From the NCBI GenBank assembly GCA_001818315.1, contig MHKF01000013.1, forward strand, positions 14,612-78,611: a stretch of 64,000 nt of DNA, read 5' to 3'. A model generated the notes under the pieces. That model searched no databases. It had not been told where the DNA came from and saw nothing but the letters and a program-made list of their open reading frames with translations. The translations under genes were made by a program, and so were the position numbers. Below, piece after piece: positions 1-9,864 of this stretch. The number at the start of each line of letters is the position of its first letter. The stretch's first letter is position 1. Source of the DNA: Candidatus Kerfeldbacteria bacterium RIFCSPLOWO2_02_FULL_42_19. GTDB lineage: Bacteria > Patescibacteriota > Patescibacteriia > HO2-48-17.

Positions 1-122
1 TTTCCAGTGATGCCTAAATTCATGAGTCGAGCTTCTATTTTGGAAAGAACCGAATGATACTTCGATGCAGCAAGAAATGTATCGTAGAAATAAAAATACA
101 TACCCTTTTGATGTGTATTAGC

Positions 123-611
123 TTAAACTTTACTTGCAACGGTTTGAATATTTTTACGTTTGCGTTCTATTACATCCCCTCCCTGAGATAATACCGTAGC
201 TTTTTCTGTAACGCCTGTTACACATTTGCCTTTGATCATCGCACCTGTTTCCACTGAAATAATTCCAGCTTCAATGTCACCAATGATACGCGCTGAACTT
301 TTGATCTCTATTTTACCGTACACCTTAACGTTACCTTTAATCTCTCCAGCGATGATAATATTCTGCGCTTCAATATCAGCTTGTAATTTTGCCTTGTCGC
401 CTATATACACATCTTTCGTAGTTTTAAGCATTCCCATGATACTACCCTCCACTGTGACATTCCCTTCACCGATGAGTTGTCCCTCAACACGAATACTCGG
501 ACCAATAATCGTTTCCGGAGTAGCACTATGAGATTGGGGAGATTTGAATAACATAGCATTTTTCTCAACAAGAGGATTCAATTGCAAGTATTGGGAATTG
601 ACGTGATTCAT
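123..611 (-). CDS. bactofilin family cytoskeletal protein (DUF583 beta-helix repeats)
   Basis: 162 aa with repeated V/I-x-G-x-V/I beta-helical turns along the whole length (IIGDIEAGIISVETGAMIKGKCVTGV...). AAGAGG RBS upstream of the ATG. Confidence 0.7.
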   Translation of the reverse strand: MNHVNSQYLQLNPLVEKNAMLFKSPQSHSATPETIIGPSIRVEGQLIGEGNVTVEGSIMGMLKTTKDVYIGDKAKLQADIEAQNIIIAGEIKGNVKVYGKIEIKSSARIIGDIEAGIISVETGAMIKGKCVTGVTEKATVLSQGGDVIERKRKNIQTVASKV

Positions 612-874
612 GAACCTCTTAAGATATTGTACCTATGTGTTAAGCCCTTTGTCAAAACATCAAAATTACGATAAAATATGAATACTTTTGATCAAAATAT
701 ATGCAACAACATGAGCTGTTTATTTTGAAACGTGAGTTAATGATACTTGGTTTCCTCTGTGCATTCATTTTTGGGATTCTCATTGGCCTCTTGGCATACG
801 AAACAAAAACCGGCCACGTGACTGCCACGGCGATTTTTGTAGGAAATCAACTCATACAACGTTAAATATTCAAG

Positions 875-949
875 GCCCCGGTAGTTCAACGGATAGAACA
901 CTCCCGTCCTAAGGGAGATATGTAGGTTCAATTCCTGCCTGGGGCACCA
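875..949 (+). tRNA. tRNA-Arg(CCT), CCA encoded
   Basis: Cloverleaf: acceptor GCCCCGG/CTGGGGC, D-arm GTTC..GAAC, anticodon stem CTCCC/GGGAG with loop GTCCTAA, T-arm GGTTCAATTCC, 3' ACCA. Confidence 0.75.
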
Positions 950-1065
950 AATTGAATTTGACATATACTACAAAATATACTAGGTTTACGTGTCAATCAT
1001 GGGCGTGATTGAACCGGTAAGAACAATCCGAAAAAAATCCAAAGCAAAGGAAGAAAGGAGGAAAA

Positions 1066-1272
1066 ATGCTGAAGCGTGGAATGATCTTTGACCTTGATGG
1101 GACATTGTTAGATTCCCAACGGGATTCCATCGAGACTGGGAATTACTTAATATCGCAGAGCCCCATGCGCTCTTTCCACGAGTTGTCGAAACTTTGCAGT
1201 GGCTCCGCACCGGTGGATGGATGGAAACCCAGAGAGGCATCATTCACTAAACTCGGTCTTTACAACGTATAA
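1066..1272 (+). pseudogene. HAD-superfamily hydrolase N-terminal fragment (motif I FDLDGTLLDS), 68 aa only
   Basis: Strong RBS (AAGGAGGAAAAATG) and the HAD motif I, but the ORF stops after 68 aa where HAD proteins run about 200 aa. It may be a truncated remnant, or a small ORF in its own right. Confidence 0.3.
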
Positions 1273-2915
1273 ATAAAGTAGAAAGAATCGCGATCGAAAT
1301 ATTTTCCAGTCCGTTCATCGTAGATAGTCACGGTCCCAAGCCCAAAAAGTGGATAGGTTATATTTCCAACAGAAAATTCATCTTCAGCTGCACCAGTAAG
1401 GGCATCCGTTGCTTCTTCACCTACAAGATCTGCGAGTGGATCGGCAATTTCATCCAGAAAATTACCAAATACATCGAGCGGCTCCAATAACCCAATCAAA
1501 GTTTCTGCCCAAGAAGGAAGTAACATCGAGGGTACCTCCAAATTCAAATCGAGATCTTTGGAAGAACCAGCAGCAAGTGCGTGTTTTTTGTTATAAATCA
1601 CTTTATATCCTGGCAAACTCTTCGCAATATATTCTAAGGTTTTCGAACGCGCAGCCACGTCTTGATCTGAAACCTCATCATCCGCAACGATTGCATCCCA
1701 CCAATTGAATTGCGGAAGACTCAAGGCAACTTTTACCTTCAGGTGATTTTTTGGAACTCCTGGATTTGTGACAAAAACGCGTAACTCCAGATCATCTCCC
1801 TGACTAAATACAGGGAGAGTATTTTGAAGATCCGCGAGTACGCCAGGCAAGACGGGTTCATTGATGAGATTATTCGTCGCATACCCGACCCGATCCCCTT
1901 GCCAAGTCGTGCCGATACCTTCTGGAAATATTCCTGTGAGTATACGAAACGGTTTATTCCCCGACCCGTAATCATTATCGAAAAAATAAATATAATCGAG
2001 TCCTTGTGTAACGTATGAATACTTCCCATTCCGAGAAAGCGCAGCATCGGCTTTGCGACCTTCTTCTAGTGGAAGATGCCATTGCACTTTCCCTTCGGCA
2101 TTCAAAGCCTGAATGTTCCGATTGTCGCCTAAAAGAATAGTCTGTCCGTCGTCAGATATATCCGGCGATGCAGAATGCAGACTTTTTATTGTTTTTGTCC
2201 ACACAGGCTTATTACTTTCTCGTTTGAAAAAATAAACTTTGTCGTAAATAGTTCCAAGAAGATATTTGCCATCAGGAGACATGCGCACGGCGTACGTATC
2301 TTTCCCCAATTCATACCTCCACAAGGGTTCGTTTTGTGTTGTATCAATGAGATAAAAACTTTCATCAGTGCCAAGAAACACATACCGCGCGTCATCAGAG
2401 ATCGCAATAGAATTAATGCCATCTTCTTCGTCAATATCCCACTTCTTGATATATTGCGAAGAATCTTTATCAAACAGATACACATCGGTAAACCGATCGC
2501 CTGCGACAAAGTATTCACCGTCTTGAGTGATTGCTGTTGCATCGAATACACTGACGCCAATCGCCACTTCATATAAAGGTACATTCGACGTGCGTGAAAG
2601 AATCCACACGCGACTTCCTACGACGGAAATATATCGCCCGTCGCCTGAAAAATCCATATCGAAGATTGTCTTATTTGGACTAAACCTCCACTTTGGTTTG
2701 TTACGGTTTTTTTTAAACAATAACACTTCCGGTAAAGGGCTTTTTTGTGTGTCGGTAATAATGGCCATATACTGACCATCATCCGAAAGTTTTGGATCTA
2801 CGAGCACGTCATTCCCGGGTACCCGATATGTCCACGCGTGGGAGGGTTGTGGAAAAAATACAAATATAAAAAACCCTGCCGTAAGGGCGGCTTTCAAAAA
2901 ATATCTTTTATTCAT
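1260..2915 (-). CDS. secreted beta-propeller repeat protein (PD40/WD40-like repeats), signal peptide
   Basis: 551 aa. N-terminal hydrophobic signal sequence, then repeated S/D-DG-x-Y/T motifs (DDGQYMAI, GDGRYISV, DDARYVFL, PDGKYLLG, DDGQTILL, RNGKYSYV) typical of TolB-like propellers. Confidence 0.6.
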   Translation of the reverse strand: MNKRYFLKAALTAGFFIFVFFPQPSHAWTYRVPGNDVLVDPKLSDDGQYMAIITDTQKSPLPEVLLFKKNRNKPKWRFSPNKTIFDMDFSGDGRYISVVGSRVWILSRTSNVPLYEVAIGVSVFDATAITQDGEYFVAGDRFTDVYLFDKDSSQYIKKWDIDEEDGINSIAISDDARYVFLGTDESFYLIDTTQNEPLWRYELGKDTYAVRMSPDGKYLLGTIYDKVYFFKRESNKPVWTKTIKSLHSASPDISDDGQTILLGDNRNIQALNAEGKVQWHLPLEEGRKADAALSRNGKYSYVTQGLDYIYFFDNDYGSGNKPFRILTGIFPEGIGTTWQGDRVGYATNNLINEPVLPGVLADLQNTLPVFSQGDDLELRVFVTNPGVPKNHLKVKVALSLPQFNWWDAIVADDEVSDQDVAARSKTLEYIAKSLPGYKVIYNKKHALAAGSSKDLDLNLEVPSMLLPSWAETLIGLLEPLDVFGNFLDEIADPLADLVGEEATDALTGAAEDEFSVGNITYPLFGLGTVTIYDERTGKYFDRDSFYFIYTL

Positions 2916-2944
2916 ACGTGTATTTTCAATAATTTTGCTGAATT

Positions 2945-3460
2945 TTATTTGACGCTACTTCGTGCAACTACCACAGTCTTTGCCAGTCGATCACCCAGGC
3001 GTTGTTTTTTATCTGATTTCCAAATCAAAATAGCAGCCACAAGATAAAAGAATAGTCCGTCAACAGCGCGTAGGACGTTACGAATCAATGCTGCAAGAAA
3101 ATTCATTTTTTGCCCGTCTTCTTTTACGATTTTCATTCCAAGAATGAGTTTCCCGGGGGTTCCAGCGAGCAGCCATTCAAGTACCAGATAGTAAGCAATT
3201 GCAAAAAGTACGTAGAGCGCTGCGCTACCGCCACAGAGTCCAAAAAAAGAACCATCATCTATATTCGTCGAACCAACACTAGCAAAAGCATTACATCCTG
3301 CTGGGTAACTTCGACCAAAAAGTTTGAAAAAGATCCACAAGACAATCGCTAAAATAATTGTGTCAATAACAATTGCTGCAAACCGAGGACCAACGCCTTT
3401 ATAGACAAGGCCGGCTGTATCAGCTTTTTGAGCTGCGGAAGGAGTTGTAGTATTTGGCAT
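2945..3460 (-). CDS. RDD family membrane protein
   Basis: 171 aa: RFAAIVIDTIILAIV, then GKLILGMKIVKEDG, then a C-terminal LGDRL. This matches the RDD domain architecture. Confidence 0.65.
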   Translation of the reverse strand: MPNTTTPSAAQKADTAGLVYKGVGPRFAAIVIDTIILAIVLWIFFKLFGRSYPAGCNAFASVGSTNIDDGSFFGLCGGSAALYVLFAIAYYLVLEWLLAGTPGKLILGMKIVKEDGQKMNFLAALIRNVLRAVDGLFFYLVAAILIWKSDKKQRLGDRLAKTVVVARSSVK

Positions 3461-3546
3461 ATTTTATTTGATTTAATGTTGAGACGCATTCACCGAATAC
3501 GATGATGAATGTTTTTGTACTATTGTGAGTATAGCATGTTTGAGTG

Positions 3547-4116
3547 TTATTGTTCGATACGTACAGAATCAATCACTGCCATTGCCTTTGACTTGGAAGT
3601 ATCATAAAGATTTTCTGGCGCGGTATAGGTAAAACTGTATGCTTTTGCTTCGAGAATAAACCACATGCCGGTTGCGCGTGCCGTCAGTGTATCATTACTG
3701 AGTGTATACTCAACTGTATACGATGGATAACCAACCGTGGTGCTATCGTATGAATCCAAAAGTTTAAATTCTAATCCGAGATTGCTCAGTCCAGTGATTG
3801 AAGTCGCAGAATAGTCTTCCAGCGCAACACCTTCCACACCTAAATCTTCAACATACATTGTAATATTTGCTCCACTTTTATCTCCGAAACTTATCGCACC
3901 TTCTTCTGATTCTTTTTGAAACCAATCCTTGGGATACTCCAGCGTTAAATCGTTCTCTGCGTCTTCATATATTTTCAATTCTGCAGAAGATGCGAATCGC
4001 GATGAAGAAGTATTGTTCGTATTCTTCATGCGGGGTTGTATGATGAACCAACCACCAAGCAAAATAATGAGTACTACCACAATAATAGCCGTAATTTTGA
4101 GAGTCGCGCTCTTCAT
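3547..4116 (-). CDS. hypothetical membrane-anchored exported protein
   Basis: 189 aa with an N-terminal TM helix (ITAIIVVVLIILLGGWFII) followed by a soluble domain. No family recognised. Confidence 0.45.
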   Translation of the reverse strand: MKSATLKITAIIVVVLIILLGGWFIIQPRMKNTNNTSSSRFASSAELKIYEDAENDLTLEYPKDWFQKESEEGAISFGDKSGANITMYVEDLGVEGVALEDYSATSITGLSNLGLEFKLLDSYDSTTVGYPSYTVEYTLSNDTLTARATGMWFILEAKAYSFTYTAPENLYDTSKSKAMAVIDSVRIEQ

Positions 4117-4383
4117 AGAAAAAAATTAAGAATAAAATAAAAAGCGATGCGCTTGATCGCCCTTGAAAGATTGTTTATTTTTTTGTTTCCTCCGAAAATA
4201 TTATTTTTGTAAAACTCTTGCATTCTATTATAACGATACGCAACAATGTGGTCAAAAAATTCAGGGATGATAGCTTTATTTTTTAAAATTTAATTTTCTC
4301 CCTCAGACTGTCTGAGAATTCGCTTGCAAGTTCGAGGACAGTCTGGGCCGAATCGGTCGGGCAAAAATCGGAAAGTCAGATTT

Positions 4384-4473
4384 TGGTGCCCGAGGCGGGA
4401 CTCGAACCCGCACGGTCGCTAACGGACCACAGCATTTTAAGTGCTGCGCGTCTACCGATTCCGCCACCCGGGC
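4384..4473 (-). tRNA. tRNA-Leu(TAA), long variable arm, CCA encoded
   Basis: The reverse complement reads GCCCGGGTGGCGGAATCGGTAGACGCGCAGCACTTAAAATGCTG...GGGTTCGAGTCCCGCCTCGGGCACCA. Anticodon loop CTTAAAA. Confidence 0.8.
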
Positions 4474-4494
4474 AATAAAAATTCTCCATCCCTA

Positions 4495-5796
4495 TTATGA
4501 ATCTTGTTTGCTTGACTGCGCAACTTGCTCCACAAGAAAATCCACGACTTTTTGGGTGTTGAACATATTGCGTATATAACGTTCGTAGGCTTCACTTTCG
4601 ATATATTTTAAAGTCTTCGAATCGTTTTCATATCTCTTTTTTTGCACATCAATTTCTGCTGTCACTTGTTTTGCATCTACTTGAATTTTTTCCTTCAGAG
4701 CTATTTCTCGCAATACCAAAATACTTTTGACCCGCTGAAGAGCTTGCGGTTGCAAATCTTTCTGTAATTGATCCTGCGTTTTTTTAATCGTCTTCAAATA
4801 ATCATCAAATTTTCCTCCCTGCGATTCTAGCTCGGATTTAAGTTCCGCGAGTATGCGATCAATCTCTGACGTAATCAACACTTCTGGGAGTTCCCCAAAT
4901 TTCGTTCGCTCGACAACTTCGCGTAATACTTCTGTCTCCAAACGCAGACGTTCTTTGTATTCTCCTTCTTTATGGAGATTCACACGAAGTGCCTCACGCA
5001 ATTCAACGAGATTTTTATAATTCCCCAAACTTTGAGCAAAATCATCCTTCAGTTCCGGCAGCATCACTTCATATACTTCATGCACCTGCACGCGAAATTC
5101 TGCTTCTTTTCCTGCAAACTGCTGCGTATGATAGTCTTTGGGAAAACGCAATGAAAAACGTTTTTCCTCTCCACGTTGCATGCCGATGACTTGATCAGAA
5201 AAGCCGGCCACAAACGTGTCGAGATTGAGATCGATTTCTTGTTTGCGAAACGATCCGTTCTCGAGAAGCACGTTGTCTTGGAAAATATCTAAATCCGCAA
5301 GGACTTTATCCCCTTTTTGCACTGCACGCTGGACCAATTTTTGTGAGGCTCGCAATCTGCGTAATGATTCCAATGTTTTTTCTACTTCTTTATCCTGCAC
5401 GTGAATACTTTTTTTCGCAGTGCGAAAGTTGCGATATGCTCCGAGCTCCACTGTTGGATAGACAGAAATGATCGCGTTATATATCAATGGATTGCCGGGT
5501 GCGAGTTTTTCTGGCGTCACATTCGGTGAGCCTATGATTTCAAGACGCTCTTGCGTTAAAGCACGAGGGAGCGTATCCATCACCGCTTCACGAAAAGCCT
5601 CTTCATAGATTTTTACATTTCCAACATGACGCTTTAAGATATCCATCGGCACGTGCCCAGGACGAAAACCGGGAATTTTCACTTCCTGTGACATGTGCTG
5701 CGCGGCTTTTTGCACAAATGGCTCGACTTCTTGAATCGTGAGTTCCACGCGAAGTTCTACTTGCGATTTCGGAAGATTTTTGTGAGTAACATTCAT
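4495..5796 (-). CDS. tig: trigger factor (ribosome-associated chaperone, PPIase)
   Basis: 433 aa. The N-terminal ribosome-binding domain carries the conserved GFRPGHVP motif, and the overall domain order matches Tig. Confidence 0.9.
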   Translation of the reverse strand: MNVTHKNLPKSQVELRVELTIQEVEPFVQKAAQHMSQEVKIPGFRPGHVPMDILKRHVGNVKIYEEAFREAVMDTLPRALTQERLEIIGSPNVTPEKLAPGNPLIYNAIISVYPTVELGAYRNFRTAKKSIHVQDKEVEKTLESLRRLRASQKLVQRAVQKGDKVLADLDIFQDNVLLENGSFRKQEIDLNLDTFVAGFSDQVIGMQRGEEKRFSLRFPKDYHTQQFAGKEAEFRVQVHEVYEVMLPELKDDFAQSLGNYKNLVELREALRVNLHKEGEYKERLRLETEVLREVVERTKFGELPEVLITSEIDRILAELKSELESQGGKFDDYLKTIKKTQDQLQKDLQPQALQRVKSILVLREIALKEKIQVDAKQVTAEIDVQKKRYENDSKTLKYIESEAYERYIRNMFNTQKVVDFLVEQVAQSSKQDS

Positions 5797-5801
5797 GCTG
5801 A

Positions 5802-6332
5802 TTATCGTGAAAATTTCTTGCGATAGAGCGCTTGACTTTCTTTAACGATCGCGAGTGCTTTTTTGCGATCCTCAAATGCCGTTACTTCTACAATTTTGTT
5901 CTGCAAAAGCTTGTAAGTTTCGAAAAAGTGTTTGATTTCTTTCTTGGTGTGCTCACTCACGTCGGATATATCTTTCAAAGTTTCGAAATGAGGATCTTTC
6001 ATTGGCACCGCAATAATTTTATCATCCTGATCGCCGCTATCCGTCATAAGAGCTGCGCCTACGGGGCGCACTTCCGCAAGAATTCCTGGAAACAAGGGAT
6101 AGGTCGTCAAAAGAATGACATCCAACGGATCGTCGTCGTGCCACCAAGTTTGCGGCGCAAATCCATAATCAAAAGGATAGAATTGAGAAGTGTAACTCAC
6201 GCGATCAAGTTTAATCAAACCAGTTTTTTTATCGATTTCATATTTGTTCGTAGAGCCCTTCGGAATTTCTATGACTGCGTAAAACGCTTCCGGCGCTTTT
6301 TCACCTAGGGGGACGTCGTGAAGAAGATTCAT
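5802..6332 (-). CDS. ppa: inorganic pyrophosphatase (family I)
   Basis: 176 aa with the family I signature DGDPLDVL-like block (HDDDPLDVILL) and FDYGFAPQTW. Confidence 0.9.
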   Translation of the reverse strand: MNLLHDVPLGEKAPEAFYAVIEIPKGSTNKYEIDKKTGLIKLDRVSYTSQFYPFDYGFAPQTWWHDDDPLDVILLTTYPLFPGILAEVRPVGAALMTDSGDQDDKIIAVPMKDPHFETLKDISDVSEHTKKEIKHFFETYKLLQNKIVEVTAFEDRKKALAIVKESQALYRKKFSR

Positions 6333-6362
6333 ACGTATCTATTAAGAATAAATGATTCAAAT

Positions 6363-7727
6363 TTACGCCTTGGGCGTTGTATCATCGGTATCACTCACGG
6401 CATCCGAGGTAATCGGTGGAGTTTTTACACCTTCCTCCTTTTGCGTTACGCCGTATTCTGGCGCTTTTTGTGTTGTTGCTCCTTGAGCGGGTTTCCCTTC
6501 TTTGATGATATCAATTTTCCATCCTGTTAACTTTGAAGCAAGTCGTACATTTTGTCCTGCTTTTCCGATCGCAAGTGAAAGTTGATCTTCTTTGACTTCC
6601 GCAAGAGCCGCTTTGTGTTTCTCATCGAGTTTCACGCTCAAAATTTTCGCCGGCGATAAAGCGTGAATGATAAAGCGTACAGGATCATCAGACCATTCCA
6701 CAATGTCAATTTTTTCCCCGCCTAATTCTGAAATCACTGTCTGAACGCGACTCCCGCGTTGACCAACACAAGAGCCAATCGGATCAATATTATCCTCGAG
6801 ACTCTGGACAGCGATTTTTGTGCGACTGCCGGCTTCACGAGCAATGGATTTAATTTCGATGACACCGGATTCAATTTCCGGTACTTCCGTGAAAAAAAGT
6901 TTCGCAACCATGTTTGGATGCGCGCGTGATACTACAATTTCTGGTCCTTTGTTCGTTTTTTGTACGGACACAATATAGATTCGTAGCTTTTGACCGGGTC
7001 GATAATTTTCATAGGGTACTTGCTCTTGCGAAGGCATCAACGCAACCGTTTTGCCAATATCAATGAGGATATTTTTTCCTTCAATACGTTGCACGATTCC
7101 CGAAACAATTTCCCCTATCCGTGATTCAAAATCCTGTAGAATTTGATCCCTCTCTGCTTCTCGCAATTTTTGAATGACTACTTGCTTTGCGGTTTGTGCA
7201 GCCATGCGTCCAAACGTGGCAGCTACATCCAGTTTTGTCCGAATCACATCCCCTATCACAGCATCAGTTTTTATGAGCAATGCATCTTCCAAGCTTATAT
7301 CGGTTTTTGGATTAAATTTACGTTTTGGTTCTTCTCCTTCTCCCTCTTGCTCTTGCTCTTGCTCTTGTTTTTGCGCTGCGTCCCCTTCTGATGGCGCTGC
7401 TTCTGCTTTCATATTTTTCTTTTCCGCTTTTATCTTGACCTTTGTAGCTTCTTGTGGTTGTGATACAGACTCCGCCGGCGACGTAACTTGTGGAGATTTT
7501 TCCTCGAGCGGCTCCAGAGTATTCATATCAACAACAGTTTTTTCGTCATATACTTCTGACTGTCCTGTTTCGGGATGAAAATTTACTTTAATATTCTGAT
7601 TTTTGAGACCGAATTCTTTACGGTACGCGACTGCCATAGCAGCTTCTATCGTTTCCAGTACTGATTCGTATGAAATATTTTTTTCGCTGCAAATTTGCTT
7701 GATAGCTTTTACAATATCCGATGACAT
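6363..7727 (-). CDS. nusA: transcription termination/antitermination factor NusA, with a low-complexity insertion
   Basis: 454 aa: NusA N-terminal domain, an S1 domain, and two KH domains (GQRGSRVQ..., IGKAGQNVRLASKLTGWKIDI). About 90 extra acidic, low-complexity residues (QKQEQEQEQEGEGEE) sit between the N-terminal domain and S1. Confidence 0.9.
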   Translation of the reverse strand: MSSDIVKAIKQICSEKNISYESVLETIEAAMAVAYRKEFGLKNQNIKVNFHPETGQSEVYDEKTVVDMNTLEPLEEKSPQVTSPAESVSQPQEATKVKIKAEKKNMKAEAAPSEGDAAQKQEQEQEQEGEGEEPKRKFNPKTDISLEDALLIKTDAVIGDVIRTKLDVAATFGRMAAQTAKQVVIQKLREAERDQILQDFESRIGEIVSGIVQRIEGKNILIDIGKTVALMPSQEQVPYENYRPGQKLRIYIVSVQKTNKGPEIVVSRAHPNMVAKLFFTEVPEIESGVIEIKSIAREAGSRTKIAVQSLEDNIDPIGSCVGQRGSRVQTVISELGGEKIDIVEWSDDPVRFIIHALSPAKILSVKLDEKHKAALAEVKEDQLSLAIGKAGQNVRLASKLTGWKIDIIKEGKPAQGATTQKAPEYGVTQKEEGVKTPPITSDAVSDTDDTTPKA

Positions 7728-7823
7728 ACAAAAGAATTATGAGTAAAAATGACTAGGCCAACGTGCATCGGACTAGTCATTTATTACGCTATCATACTTT
7801 CAGGAGATGCGCAAATGTATCTT

Positions 7824-9245
7824 CTAATATCCAGAAGCTGGGGGTGGCGGAGGTGGTAATTCTTCATCTTTAGGTTTCCCGGCCGTAGATTCCCCTTCCA
7901 CTGCATTAGATTTTCCCTCTTTACTTTGAGTTTCCAATGATTTTTGAGTACTTTGAGGTGTTGTTGTAGAAGATGGAGAAGAAGATGGAGAAGCAATATC
8001 TTTTTGCTTTTGTTCTGACATTTGCATCACACCTCGCCTGCGAAATAAAATAACAAGGATGACGAGCGCTATCACAAGCCACAACATCCATAGACGATTC
8101 GGTTTTTGAGACGATGTGTCTGCCGCTATTGTTGTCTCGGGAGACGAAGTCGACGTTTCGGATACTTCTGTATTTTTATTCTGAAGATTTGCTGCCTCGG
8201 TTTCCGATTCATTTTTTTCTTCGTTTTCTTCGGTTGCTTTCACAGCAGTAGTGGAGTTCGTATTTTGTTCAACAGATGCTGGTGTTTCCACTGTTGACGA
8301 CGGGGCTTCGGATTCCAGTGTTTCTTCTAACTCTTGCTGTTTTTCTTGTGTTTCTTTTGTATCGGTTGCCTCTTCTGTCTGAATCGTATCAATCTGGACC
8401 TCTGATGGTGCCTTTGGAGTCTCTCCATCCTTATCTTGTTTTCCTGCTTGCTCGGTGACTGTTATATCCGCTTGTACTGCTGCTTTTTGTGCCAACGGTA
8501 GATAAAAATTCTCAACACGCGAGAAGGCGCTTGCTTTCCCAGACGTATCAACTGCGGTTGCATACACACTGTGATTTTTCCCTGCTTCGAGCGGCAAAAA
8601 TGGCTTATAAGCGAAGTCAGTAATTTTTTTCTGATTTTTTGAAGTAACCTCAATTTCACCGTTCAAGTTTCCGTCGATAAAAATTCGGATACGCGCCGGA
8701 ACCCAAGTCAAGCCCACGATCCATGGCTGAACCGATGTCGTCCGTGTATTCACAACCGGTTTCATGAGCGTTGGCGCTGGAAATGCCTTGAGTACTTCGA
8801 AATCAATACGTGTGGATAAAGCGCTTTGTCTTGATCCATCGGGCCATTGTGCACGAACTTGTGCATAATGGAATCCTGGTTTTAAGTGAAGAAAAGGAAT
8901 GTAAGCAAAACTAGCGGTGCCGTTGTTTGCATTTTTTACTTCTGCATAGCCGTAAAATGTATCATTAATATATACCGCGACTCGCGTATTATTCTGAGTG
9001 AGACCGCGCAGAAGCGGCTTTTGATGTGTTGTTTGAAAGAGTTTTTGAGCAGATGGCACGACAAGCGTTGGAATACCAGGGGCGCTTTGCGCATCAGCTG
9101 GTTCCATATAGAAAAAAAGACTGCTGATCAGTAGTAAAAAAAACAGGACGATATGGCGTATAGGAAACAAGACAGAAACATGTTGTATCATAAGATAAAT
9201 TAGCGAGTAAAAAATGGATTTGCTCTTGGAAATAAGGAATCTCAT
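7824..9245 (-). CDS. cell-surface protein: signal peptide, beta-rich repeats, S/T/E-rich linker, C-terminal TM anchor, Pro-rich tail
   Basis: 473 aa. N-terminal hydrophobic segment, a long low-complexity ETSTSSPETT region, the TM helix LWMLWLVIALVILVILF near the C-terminus, and a PPPPPPASGY end. Confidence 0.5.
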   Translation of the reverse strand: MRFLISKSKSIFYSLIYLMIQHVSVLFPIRHIVLFFLLLISSLFFYMEPADAQSAPGIPTLVVPSAQKLFQTTHQKPLLRGLTQNNTRVAVYINDTFYGYAEVKNANNGTASFAYIPFLHLKPGFHYAQVRAQWPDGSRQSALSTRIDFEVLKAFPAPTLMKPVVNTRTTSVQPWIVGLTWVPARIRIFIDGNLNGEIEVTSKNQKKITDFAYKPFLPLEAGKNHSVYATAVDTSGKASAFSRVENFYLPLAQKAAVQADITVTEQAGKQDKDGETPKAPSEVQIDTIQTEEATDTKETQEKQQELEETLESEAPSSTVETPASVEQNTNSTTAVKATEENEEKNESETEAANLQNKNTEVSETSTSSPETTIAADTSSQKPNRLWMLWLVIALVILVILFRRRGVMQMSEQKQKDIASPSSSPSSTTTPQSTQKSLETQSKEGKSNAVEGESTAGKPKDEELPPPPPPASGY

Positions 9246-9270
9246 TATCTTACACTATCACCTTTCACTG

Positions 9271-9636
9271 TCAAATAATGCGCAGATGTGGATGATGTCG
9301 CAGTCGTATGTTGCGTCCAGCTCCATCATACAAAATACTCAGTGCGTCGATACGTACAACGTACCAACGCGGAAACATACGCGCAACTTGCAGTGCCAAA
9401 AAATACAGGCGCCTGCGTTTATGATAAGTAAGACTCTCTTCTGGCCAACCTGCGATGTTACCGCGACGCAATTTTACCTCTACACACATGAGTGTATTTC
9501 CCTTCATCATGACGAGATCAATTTCACCTTCACGAAAGCGTACATTCTTCTTCCAGAGTCGAAATCCGCGTCTTTCAAAATAGCGCTGTGCAACTTGTTC
9601 TCCCCAGTCTCCGAGTGCACGCGTAGAATATTTCAT
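9271..9636 (-). CDS. yraN: YraN family (UPF0102) predicted endonuclease
   Basis: 121 aa: GEQVAQRYFERRGFRLWKKNVRFREGEIDLV...EVK is the UPF0102 signature. Confidence 0.8.
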   Translation of the reverse strand: MKYSTRALGDWGEQVAQRYFERRGFRLWKKNVRFREGEIDLVMMKGNTLMCVEVKLRRGNIAGWPEESLTYHKRRRLYFLALQVARMFPRWYVVRIDALSILYDGAGRNIRLRHHPHLRII

Positions 9637-9640
9637 AAAA

Positions 9641-9803
9641 GGGTCTGTCGCCGAATACGCTTTCGTCTGTGAAATCGTAGAATTTCGTGACAGAATTGCT
9701 GAATAAATTTTGAGGTTTATATGGAATATAAGCTGAAAAATTTTGAAGCGATGCTGGCCGAAATGCTACGATTGCAACAGAAATGGTATTCGGCGACAGA
9801 TCC
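9641..9803 (+). repeat. MITE-like element, type B (163 bp) with 20-bp TIRs GGGTCTGTCGCCGAATACGC / GTATTCGGCGACAGATCC
   Basis: It is more than 97% identical to a second copy at 31955-32118 and shares its terminal inverted repeats with the type-A elements. Confidence 0.8.
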
Positions 9804-9864
9804 TAAAAATAAAAAAACGGATCGCTGTCATATTGAGAGGAGCGCCGCTCTTTTGAGGATATCA

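Noticed and set aside
737-964. 75-aa minus-strand ORF overlapping the tRNA-Arg gene
   Set aside because: It overlaps a well-folded tRNA on the opposite strand, has no RBS and looks like a junk translation. It is spurious.
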